Positions 38,601 to 50,600 of a stretch of 64,000 bases of DNA are shown piece after piece (the first letter of the stretch is position 1; every line of letters begins with the position of its first letter). This stretch comes from Lama glama (taxonomy: Eukaryota). The notes under the pieces are model-generated. The model ran no database searches. It was not told the DNA's origin and was given only the letters and a program-made list of their open reading frames with translations. Location: contig CM052830.1 in assembly GCA_028534125.1 (NCBI GenBank), positions 3,534,001 through 3,598,000 on the forward strand, read 5' to 3'. Position numbers and translations under genes: made by a program.

Positions 38601-41600
38601 CCACCAGCATGCTGTGGGGGTCACCAGGTGTCCATTTGTGGGGGACAGCATCTGTGACCTACACAGACTGGGCGACCGGGCTCTGGAGGGGCTGAGGGGG
38701 CAGTGCCTTGGGTCCAGTTCCCTGAGGGTCTAGTTGAGGCATCCACAAGTGTTATCAGAGATTCCTGGAGGAAGCACCAAGGGGAGGGGCTGTATCCTCT
38801 GGGCACAGCTGGGGAGGATGTCAGAGTCAATGGGGAGAATGGGGGTTCCAGAGCAGTGGTGTCATGATGTCTGGGGTCCCCCAGATCTGTGCTGTCAGGA
38901 CGGGAGCTGACCTGGGGCACTCCTGAGTTGGGACCTGCCAGGGCCCGTTGTTACTAATGTTAGTTTTCTTTGAAACTTCAGAATATTTCACCATGTTCTA
39001 AAGCACATCATAGAATCGACTTCTGTACAAGTGCTGTGGTTCTGGTGTGAAGAGATGGTTGTTGCTTTTTGCATCTGCAGTGTCCTGGCATGTAGGTCTG
39101 TCTGCTGTGTGAACCCTGGATGTGGCTCTTCAGGCTAAAGGGCACAGGCTGGGACTGATTTTGGAGCTTGAGTCTAAGGTCCATGGAGCTGAAGTTTGTT
39201 CGAATGAAAGTGTAACGTACAGATATCTTTCCAGGCATCCCCAGCTCGCAGTGCCCGGGCAACTGGAGTGGGGATGCAGGCAGGAGCTGGGACCCCCATT
39301 TCTAGGGCTCTGCTGACATTGGGGTGAGAGGCCAGTGAGACTTCTCCCACCCCCACGGGCATGTACGTTGGACCCAGAACCCTGGGTTTTGGGGCTCCAG
39401 TCCTGAAAGCAGTGGTAGGCCCTTAGAGGCTTCAAGCAGGGGAGGGAGAATGATCATGTTTCTGGTCTCAAGGCCCTCTCAGCACCATGGAGAGCAGCCT
39501 GTGGGCAGCAGATCCCTGTCTCTATCCTGGCAGCTGAGACAAAGCACCACATTCTAGGTGGCATGTAAACAACAGAAAAGTGTTGCTCACGATTCTAGAA
39601 GCTGGAAGCCAGCTCAGGGGCCAGCATGGCTGCGTCTGGTGAGGGCCCTCTCCTAAGCTGCAGACGGCTGCCTTCTCTGTCCTAACCTGGCAGAAGGGGG
39701 CAAGGGTGCTGTCTGGGATCTCTCTGATTAGGGCACTGATCCCACTCAGGAGGGCTCCACCTTCGTGACCTAATCACCTATCCAAGACCCCACGTCTTAC
39801 TACCTGTCACACTAGGGGTTGAGATTTAACATATGAATTGGGGATCAGGGGACACAGACACACAGTCCACTGTGATTCACATGGGCTGGTTGAAGATGGT
39901 TGTCACTGACCAGAGAGAATGGGATGATGGTGGTGGCAGAACTGGGGAAAGTGGACAGACTCCTGTTCAGTTTAGTGGTGAAATGGACAGGACTTGGGAG
40001 GGGGTGGATATGGGGTGAAGACTGGCCTCGCTGGGTGGGTGGCCAGGTTGCTTTGAGATCAGGGCTGGGGAGGTAACCAGATTGGCGTGGAGAAGGGTCA
40101 GGGTTTGCTTTGGGTGTGTTGAGATGGACATCCCTTGGGGCCCTTCCAGGGGAGCCACAGGTGGATGTTGAGGGTGTGGGGCTGGGGTTCAGACTGCTAC
40201 CATGTCCTTTGCAAGTCTGCGGACATAGAAACCCAGCTGCCCTGTGTGCATTGTGGTGTCCACGAGTGGTGGTGACAGTGGCCAGGCTGGGATGGGCTGA
40301 GGAGGGAGTGTGGACACAGACAGGCAGATCTTTGTAGACACTGGGCTTCCAGAGGGAGGAGAGTGGGGGAGCCCACTGAAGGCAGGACTGTGGTGAAGGA
40401 GGGTTTGACTCTGCCTGGGGAGACTGGAGGATATTTCAAAGTCATGGGGAGACCTGAGATGGGACTTGGTTTAGTGCACAGTGGGAGACATGGGATCCCG
40501 AAGGGAGAGGGATGGGGTCTCAGGTGATCCTTAGACCCCAGGTAGGGACCTCACTGCCTCCAGGGAACCCCAAAGAGGGGCTGGTCAGACGCCCACCACA
40601 CGGGGGCATTGGCGTATTTGGGAGCAGGTGATGCTCTGTCGAGGACAGACCGGGAGAGGCAGCCAGAAGTTCAAGGGGCTGGAGAAAGGAATGAAATAGC
40701 CTGCACGGAGGGCAGAGGGAGAGCTTCCCAGAGATGCCTGTCAGGGTTGCCAAGGAGTTCTGTGGGCACTGAAGGCCATGAATTTGTAATGGAACCACTG
40801 CCTTACTGGGTGGGGAGGGGGGATGGTGTTTCCAGCCTCAGGGCCCAAGGAAACGTCGTTGCAGTTTTGCCGAACCCCTAGGGCAGACAGATAGGATGTG
40901 GGGGCACGGGGTCAGAGGTCTGGGGCAGGTGGTACTGAGCTGGTGGGTGAGGTGTCCAAGGTGGATGAGTGGACAGTCTCAGAAACAGGGTGGGTCAGAA
41001 GTGAGACCATGGAACCCTGGCTGAAGGTTGGGTTGGCAGGAGGCTGCTGGTCCTGAGGGCGGGGGGATCCATGGCACAGCCAGCTCTGTGGACACCGGAG
41101 GGGCTCTGGGCAGGCCAGTTCAGGATGGAAGGACGCCCAAGAGCCAAGGCCAAGGTGTCCAAGAAAAGGGCTCTGGCTGGAGGTGGGCAGTGAGAGAGAG
41201 GCTGAGTGATGTCCTGCAGGTTGGCAGACTGTGGACTGGGGGCCAGATTCCCCTGGCACCTGATCTTGTGTCCCAAGCATTGCTGGGGCACAGGCAGGCC
41301 TGCTTTCATGCTACAAATGCAGAGGTACACTGCAGAGCCAAAGGTCTCCGCCATCTGGCCTTTTGCAGAAGAGGCTGGCTGACTCTCACCTCGAGCTGCC
41401 CGTGCAGTCCAGGAGCCCCTAGCCACACCTGGCTGCTTCTGTGCATATGACTTTGGATTGCAATACAATGTTAAAATTCAGTTCCTCTGGTGCACTAGCC
41501 TGTTTGGGTCCTCAAAAGCCACCTGAGGCCAGTGGTTCCCGTAGTAAACAGCGCCAAGATGGAACCTTCCAGGTCAGGCTGTTGACAGCTCTGGCCTCGG

Positions 41601-44600
41601 ACAGCAGGGCGAACCAGGATCACATTCCCCAGCCTGGACCTGGGCTGTACTGAAGGGGAGGGGCCCCACAGGCCTTGTGGGAAGGCTGCGGCACGCCAGA
41701 GCCCTGCGGTGCAGAAGCCGAGTGGGTGGAGGGCAGTGAGCAGTCTCCCATTACCGTCCTGACGACCGAGGGCTCTGGGGCAGGCGTGGGGATATCCGGG
41801 AAAGGGCGCCTCTGGGATTGCAGCATGTGGTGTCCCCTTGGAGGCCCAGGTGCCTTGAGTGACTGCTGCCCGGGATGCCAGACTTGTCCCCCTGACACCG
41901 CGGGTGCGGGGTTTCCTGGCCCGGGTGTCGATTCATTGCAGTTACTTGCACGGTGCCCCATGGAGGAACCAGGGCGGGAGACCCGCCTCCGACCGCTGGC
42001 TGCAGACGACGACCACGAGGTCATGGTTCTGCCTTCTCCACCGCCTCGTTCCTCTGTGGTCCAGGGAGCTGATAATTGTTGCCATCTTCAGTTCCAGGCC
42101 CCTGTGAACCAGAAGACCTCATTGATGGGATCATCTTTGCTGCCAACTACCTGGGGTCCACCCAGCTGCTCTCCGAACGGAATCCTTCCAAAAACATTCG
42201 AATGATGCAGGCACAGGAGGCCGTCAGCCGGGTCAAGGTAGGGGTGGCCCAGGAGTGCCCTGGTTTGCTTCAAGGAGCACTAGGGAGGGGAGGGCGACTC
42301 GGCACAGGCCCTCTGTCCAGCTCTGACCCCAAAGCCCTTGGCACGGAGAGCAGAAACGTCTGTGGTGCCTGGCAAGGCAAAGGGAGACTTGGCCTCGGAT
42401 GGGAGAACAAGCACATGGGATCACCTGGTTTTGGTGGCGGGTGGGTGGAGCCTGGAAAAGGGAAGGCGGGGCCAAGTCAGCAAAGCCAGTGGGGTCGGTG
42501 CGAGGGGTGCAGTGGCTGCGGAGGTGCCCTCTGGGCAAAACAGGGTCTGTGGACACCCGCCCCTGTAGGGTGAGAAGGGATGCCAGCCCCTCCCCATCCT
42601 CATCATACTCTGACCTCCTCGTCCGAGCAAAGGGGCCCCAGGAAGGAGCCCAGTGCTGTGGTCAGGACAGAAGAAAGCATCCAGGGGCAGCGTGGAGCCC
42701 TGACTGTCCCCTGCCCAGTCCCCAGCCCCCAGCCCCCAGCCCTGATGCTCGCTTAGTCCCAGGGCCTGCCCTCTTATCCGGTCCCCAGGGCTCCCGCGTG
42801 GACCCAGTGGTTATCAGGAATTTTCACGCAAGCTCCCGTGGTGGGGGTGGGGGGATGCAGGGCTTCCCGCAGGGCTTCCACGGGACTCTTGCCTACAAGA
42901 CTGAAACAGCTCTTCCTTCGCTTTTTGCCCACTTGTTTTTCTTTTCTCTTCCACGCTGCTCAGAGGATGCAAAAGGCTGCTAAAATCAAGAAAAAAGCGG
43001 TGTGTAGAGTGTGGGGTTCGCTTGTCTATCTCTGGCTCATCCGGTGCAGTGGGGGAGGGGGGAGGGGGAGGGAGGGTCCCCTGGGGTCAGAAATGCTGTG
43101 GCTAGTGAGTGTTTTCCTCCTCCCTGGGTAGGTGCTAGACTTCCGAATGCAATCACGACACCTTTTGTTGTTTTTACCACCCCCTTACAGAAGAATTTAA
43201 TAGTTGCCCTTTTGCATTTTTCTCTTTCTGCGTGTCTGTGAGCTAGAGAGCGTGTTATTGTCATGATGCTGCTGTTTCGAGTAGACGTTCTTAAATGTGG
43301 CATTTGCTAGGACCATGTGACTCATTTCTTTCCGAGGCCCCCTGTACAGAATTAATTACATGGTTGTGACATTTAAAGACGCATGAAGTTTAATTTCCTG
43401 AATCAGGCTGATGAGATGTTCAGTTTGCCCGGGAGATGCTCTCTCTATTGAGAAGTTTCTAGAGCAGACTTAAAAATCTCAAGTTGGCCTTCAGTGATTG
43501 GCTCCTCAGCCTGATCATTTGGTAAATACTGGCTATATTCTGACTATCCTCTCAAGGTGGGAAATAGCAAATGCTTGGTGTTGGAGGGCACTGACTGCCC
43601 TGGCTTGTAGATTTAACAGCGAGAGAGTTAGTTCTCTGTCCCCACCAGGAACACCGCATTCTGGCAATGTGGCCAGAGAATCTTGTCTGGGGTCTCCCTT
43701 CCCCCTGAGGCCAGCCTTCTCTCCCTGTGATATTTGCAGAACGGTCAGGGTGGACCACAGCCTGCTCCTCGGGTCTACAGTCTGGAGAGCCCAGAGGGGG
43801 CCGGCGCAGGCAAGACAGCCTCAGCGGCCGGCCGAGGCCAGCCTATTACCTCCAGGAAGGATTGTTCTTTCTCTCAGGCAGGAAGGTGCTCAGGGTCATT
43901 GCCAAAGGCCCCTTTCCTGGTTGGCCCGCAGCTGGGCAGGCCGATGATGACTGGAAGGTCTCCCTGAGTCAGCATGTCCTCCCACCACGGACTCACTGGT
44001 GACTGGGGCTGTGGTCCCCATCTATAGATGTGCAAGCCCCCCAGTTGTCTGAGGTCCCCCTCCCTTCTTCCCGCAGGGAGTATGATGGGATGGCCTCTCC
44101 GTTCCCTGTTACTGAACAGACTTCAGTCTCCTCCATTGACCCCCACCTGGAGCCCAGTCACCCCCAAGCTTGCTCCCTCTTCTCCTGTCAAGTGTATCAC
44201 AGGCTCATGTGTCCCCCCAAACTGTCACTAAAACCAGGGTCCACCTGCAACTGTTGTTTTACTTCTGGCCGGACCTGCCTTTTGGAAAGAAGGTTTTGAG
44301 CCATAATTCCAGAAAATAACCTTGAAAAGCATGGGGATGGAGACTGTAACCCGATTTTTTTTTAGCATTGTTTTTTATTGACGTATAGTCAGTTGACAAT
44401 GTTGTGTCAATTTCTGGTGTCCAGCATCATGTTTCAGTCATACATGCACATACATGTATTCCTTTTCATATTCTTAACTAGATTTTTAAAAACAGAGAAA
44501 AAAGAAGTTTCTCCGATGTCCTGCAGACTGTTTCAGCTGCATTAGTTTGGACTCTCTTCTGTTAATAGTCAGTTAAAAGCCGTGTCCCCCGTGGTGGGCT

Positions 44601-47600
44601 GAGGGCCCCAAAGACCTTTTCCCTTGAAAACTGAGTGAAAATCCAAATTTGTCATTGCAGTAGAGGGCCTCTCTGTGACTCAGAATTCCTGAGGAATGGT
44701 CAGCAAGGGGGGTTTGGTTTCAGATTTCCTAGCGAGAAATTAAATCACGACTTCTGCTCCTGTGAAGTGGAAGGTAGACTACTCTGGGCCCCTGAGTAAC
44801 CACAGAGAATTCTTCACCTCAGTGGAAGAACCAGAGAACTTGTATCTCATCGTCCCTGTGCAGGGGTAGTTAGCATTCCCACAGGTGTAGAAACCTATGA
44901 AAGGCCGTCCTGGTTTGGGGCAGACCCTGAGTAGTGCCCTCAATTCCAGAACGTTCCTTTATACATAACTAGTGGCCATATGATGGGTATCCTCGGGAGA
45001 TGACAGAAGGGGCATTTGTGAGACAGCTTCTCCAGTGTCCTGTGAGGGCAGCGCCTGGTCCGCTCAAGGCCTTGTTTTCAGGGTTTTTGGAAGAGTGGGT
45101 CCAGTGCTGCCAGCAGGTTGACATGACTGTGACTTTTTTTTTTAATTTTTTTTTTTACTGCAGTGTAAATGTTGTGTTAGTTTCAAGTGTGCAGCATCGT
45201 GATTCAGCTATACACACATACATGTTCCTTTTCACATTCTTTTCCATTGTAGGCTGTCACTAGGTATTGAATAGAGTTCCCTGTGCTATGCAGTAGGATC
45301 TCGTTGTTTGCCTGTTTTATATACAGTAGTCTGTATCTGCAAATCCTGAACTCCCGATCTACGGCTGTGACTTTAAACCAGAAGGAGATGCAGATATTCT
45401 AATCCCCCTTCTTTGAAAATGTCTTCCCCCCTCCTGGGGAGACTCGGAATCCCCAGTCCAAGAAAGGGAGCTCCTGCACACAGACCCGTGTGTTCGCCGT
45501 GTTCGGGAAGGGTGGGCAGGCAGGCCGGAATCTCAGGGGGTCAAGGGGCCGCACTTTGGATGCTGTGACACAGACCCGCTTGGTGCTCAGCCTCCCGGAG
45601 GCGGTCCCCTCGCTCCTCGCCGTGCCCTGTGCTGGCTGCCTGGAGAACTCGCTCAGCTGCGGATGCGCTGGGAGGAGGCCTGCACTTAGACTCCCATGGC
45701 TGCTCCTGCCGGAGGAGCTCTTCCCTCTAGGGGCGCTCAGGGTCCTCGGTAAGACTGTCAGGCCTTTGTTTGAATTAGTTTCTTAAAAGGTCTGTAACAG
45801 TCTCCACCATCCTTCCTTAGAACTCTGAGGGCGATGCCCAGACTCTGACCGAAGTGGACCTCTTCATCTCCACCCAGAGGATCAAGGTGTTAAATGCGGA
45901 CACACAGGTGAGTGCTGAGAGCCGGCTGTTTAAAATCGGATCGGGGACTCCCGGAGAGCCAGGTCCAGCCGCCGGACTCCCTGTGGCGGGGATGAGAAGG
46001 CTGTCCCCGAGGACAGTCACCCCAGACCCTGCTGTGGGGCAGAGGGGGAGCCATGGGGGCTGGCTGTCCGGGGCAGGCGGGCAGTCGGTGACTGATGCTG
46101 CCATGGGGATGCGATGCGGGAGAGGCGAGGGCCGGAGTTGTGCACTCACCCGTGGGATTCTAGAACAGCCCTCTCAAAGCCCCTGCGTGCCAGGCTGGGG
46201 AGTGGAGCTGGAAGGAGGAATCCTGGGTGGTCTTCGGCCCCCAACGGGAAGGGGTCCTGAGATGTAGACTGTGTGCCCAGCTCGTGTCTGACCTCGATTC
46301 TGCAGGGAACCTGCTGTTGTGGGGAGACAGGGAAGCCGACACAGGAGCCAGATAGAGAGGACTGTGAACCCGGGAAAGGGTGGAGGGGAGCCCTGGCACG
46401 GGTGGGATGGAGGGAGGGGCCGGTGCACGAAGTGGGGTGGCCCTGGGAACAGAGGGGAGGGAATGGATGAGGACAGCCAGATGCTGGGGTGACAGCCCCT
46501 CCCTTATTTGCCGTCGGCAAGTGGATCCGTGTGGCAACACCGGGGCACCCAGTCCCCCGGCGCCCTTTGCCCAGTGGCATTAGCATCCAGCGAGGATCTC
46601 GTCATGGTTGACTACGATGTTGCAAATGCAAAATGGTGATTTTCTAATTGTCACGCTTCCTACTTATCTAATGTGCTTCTGTGAAGATCTTCTTTTTGCT
46701 TTTCCTCTCTCTTTTTCGCTTTCTTTTCACTGTGAACCCGTGGATTTTTTTTTTAACTTGTATTATAATATCTTACCATCCTTATTCGTTTGGGTGCTCG
46801 GATTATCCCGGATCTGGCCAGGGACCCTCCTACTGGCTCTTGTGTCATCCTGGTGTCCTAATTTCTGCCTCTGAACACGTCCCTGCTTCCTGAGACTATA
46901 AGATGTTCTGAAGTTTCCTTGACCTTGCCCTGCCCCAGACCTGGAACCAGCCATTTCTTCCAGGAGCCGCGGCTCATTTTAGCGGGTGTGACGTGCAGAA
47001 ATGAGACCTGGGTGCTGGCTGTGCCCCTTGTCGCTGGGGTGTCATCGACCCTGGGCCCTCGACATGGACAGAGCTGGACAATATATGTATTTCTAGGCTG
47101 GGAGTTCTTATCTGTACGACCTGTTCGAGACCAGCACCGCCGAGTCAGCCATCCCACAGTCTAGACTGCGGCTCCCAACACCTGGGGGGCTTTTTTTGCT
47201 TGTTCTCTCCTGGTGTAGACAGTGCCTATCACTGGGCTGCTGGGAGCAGCAGAAGAGGGCTCTCAGGTGGCAGATGCGCTGGCTGTCACCCCCCTCCAGG
47301 GCCTGGTGGGCAGGAAGACCTGACACCTGGGGGACAGAGGAGCCACCTCCTGCCACAGCCCACTCCCAGCACCCTGCTGCCTGCCCGCCCTCGGGGACAT
47401 CCCACCGTGGGCACTGCCCTTCCTCCTATGGGTCCATCCCCGTGTCCAGCCTGTGCCTTGTCCCACTGGTCTTTGTGTCCTGCTAACCTCCACACCAGGG
47501 CCGTGCACTGGGCGGGACGGCAGGAAGCCACCTGACTGGGTCAGGAGTAGGACTTCTCAGACTCACACTTTGTTTCTGGTGTTTCGTGGGCAAACCGTCT

Positions 47601-50600
47601 ACGCTTGCTCCTCCCTCCCACTCCTCTGGCCCCCAGCCCTCACCTCCCCACCTGCCGGGGGCCCCCAGGACCACCCCAAGGGCAATCAGTTGAGAAGAGG
47701 CCTCCCAGGCTGTGCCTTGCTGCGACCACAGGATACGGAGCAAAACCAGCAAAGGAGCAGATGTGCGGGGCTTAGCCCCGGGAAACACGAGTCCTCTCCC
47801 GGGGAGGTCGGGAGGGATGCACTGAACTGTGCATCCAGCAATGAGCTGTGACAGCTTGTGTGAAGTGCGGGCCACCAGGGGTGCTTGGAGTGCATCGGCG
47901 CCCAAGGTCTTTGCTGGACTTGGTCACACACCTCTCCTGCCAGGTATCCACGTTCCAGACTCCCAAAGGCGAGCAGGGGTTCAGGCTGGGCCGCGCTGCC
48001 TGCCCTAATGTCTCAGGTGTGCCGAGCTACTCTTAGCAGGTAGTGTCTTGGCGGACACCCTCCTGAAATCCAAGTCCCCAGAGGGGCCGAGGGCCACCTG
48101 CAGGCAAGTCTTCCCAAAGGTGGTGTCGGGCCCCCTCTCACCAATGCTCCGGCAAGTGCTGCAACCCAGCGGCAGGACCGGGGGCCTGGGAGGAGGAACT
48201 GGGCCACCCCTGTGGGCTCGAGGCCTCGGACAAGTTCCCGAACATCTTGGAGCCCCGTTGACTCTCCAGGAGAGCCTCACACTGGGCCCTGCAGAGGGTA
48301 CACGAGGAGGCTCCATGCGGGGCTCACACCTGCCGGCCCCTCCCTGTCGGCCCGCCCTTCACTCCTTCCAGGTCTTTGGTGTCTAAACAGGGCCTGACAT
48401 TAAAGCCGTCACCAAGGACAGGGCATCAACTCACGAGAGTGGACAGAGCCAGAGGCTGCGATTTCCTTTGCCTGCCCGTTCGAGATCAGTCCTTAGCACA
48501 ATGGACTTTCCCTCCTGCCGGCCGCACGCAGCATCGTGGTTACGTTGAAATGCAGCCGTGCTGGGACCAGCATCTTGTGGCCGGTGCCCACCTCCTGGGG
48601 ACACAGCAGGGCTGGGCTGCAGTTCTGACCGTCTGTGTCTGCTCTTTGCCCTGCTGTGCTTTTCCTGCAGCCCTGCTTTCTCCGTGTCGGTCTTCAGAGT
48701 CTCTGTGGGAGTCCTAGCTGTGGGCCCCGCTCAGCTGTGCATCACAGCAACCTTGGACCTCCTGGCATCTTCCCATCCCCAAGGGGTGTGGCTCTGTTGC
48801 CATCTAGGGCCCTCTCCTCCAGGGCCCCTGCCCCGCTGCTCTCTGTCCTCACACTTTGCACCCCCAGGTCACAGCTCTTACCCTGGAGACCGTGCAGGAC
48901 CCTCCAGTGGCTGCTGTAGGTGCCCATGGCTTCCCAGGTCTCTGTGGGCAGGAATGTTCCACAGCCACGGAGCAGGAGACCTCGGAGTTTCCCCTCTGTT
49001 CGGGCCATCCCAGGGACGTGTGGCTGACGACTTGGATCTGGGGGAGATGAGATACTCCCCTGATCTCCAGTGGGCCAGACGTCCTGGGAGGCCAGAGGCC
49101 ACCTTGGGCTCAGGTACACAGCCACGGGGTTGGCCGAAGGTGCCAGGCAGGGGGAGGGCAGAGCAGGGACAACCTCCCAGACCAGCAGCACAGGGCCCTC
49201 GACCAGCAACATCTCACCAGACTCTGCATCTGCAGCAGACTCCTGGGCAGGAGGCAAGCTGGTTATGGTCTTCCTAGGGGCCACACTGGCGGTCTTTGAG
49301 AATCAGCTTCAAGAGTCCTCCCAATGCTCTGATCCAACCTCACCTCTGCTTGGCCGAGGTATTTAAAGGAGGTTGTCATTTCCTGTTTTCCAGTAGAAAG
49401 CTCTCAGACTTTTGGTTTGGTTTCTGGTCGCTCTGACCCATCCGGCTGCCCAGTCTCTTAACAATCTCTCCTCACTTTGGCAATTGGTGACATGGTCTGC
49501 TGCCCAGAGTCTCACTCTGTCTTTGTTCATCTCCTCCTCCTCCCCATGTTTCTGTGCATCAGCATGGCTGGGGTCCCCAACGTGGGGAGTCCTCATCCCC
49601 CAGGAGAGGCAGCTCCCCAGCCAGCAGGGAGAGCCTGCCTCTCCCTCCCGTGCCCACCCACCCCCTCCACCAAGCCTGTAGATGGGGTGAGAGCTGGTGG
49701 CCTTGTGCTGCATTTGCTTTGCAGGGAGCAGCTCTCTTGTGAGCTGGTAAGAAAAGCCCCGGGGTAGTTGGGGTCCCAGCCCCCTTAGCTGAAGAGGTGA
49801 GGAAGAGAGAGCGAGAACACGGGGTGTTTGCGCACACTGTCGGGGAACAGATCTGGGGCAATCGTTCGTTCTCCATGATGGAAACGTTGATGACTTTTCT
49901 TGCTGGAGACCAGCTGGTGCCTGAGTCATTGCCCGCGGTTCTCAGCTGCTGGGGAACCTCTGCCATGCTGCGGGAAGTCGGGGCTGGTGGGGGAAGCAGA
50001 TGTGCCCTGCTCCCGAGGAGCCCACCGTCCTACTGGGCAGATGAGACCAACCCGGCCACCTGTGTGCTCAGGAGGACATGATGGCATCCCTGAGTCAGGG
50101 AGGCCAGATTCCTTCATCTAAACACACGGGGACCCTCAGAGCTGGCCTTGGGGAGAGGGAAGGTTAAAAAGGGTTAGCGAAGGCGGGAGGCACAGCACTC
50201 CCTAAAGATGGGCTGACCAAGCACTGGCCCCCGCAGGCTCTGGGGTCGCCGAGAGTGAGGAGATGGAGAGGTGGGAGGTCAGAAAGCTTCTGAGAGCTGT
50301 GGCCTGGTGACCTGGCTGCGGGGCTTGGGTGACTTGTCCAGCCACGCAGAGTCTGACACCTGCGCTGGGGCACTGTTGAGGATGGACTGGAGGAGAGTAG
50401 TGGCAGGAACTTGGTTTGACGATGAAATAAAAAACATTCGCAGAAGGACTGGAGAGGTGGGAACAGATGTGGGAAACGGTGGAGGCTCACGTGGCCAGTC
50501 AGGGCCGGGGAGAGGATGGCAGACTCTGTCAGTGAGGAAGACGACTCTGCCACGGACCTGAGCTCCGAACTGGGGGAGGAGCACAGTACTGACACCGACA

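Larger units (their letters stand above)
39360..40500. mobile_element. Decayed L2-like LINE fragments flanking the MLT1
   Basis: Purine-rich L2-like phrases (ttcaagcaggggagggagaatgatc; ggtgtgttgagatggacatcc). Confidence 0.35.
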
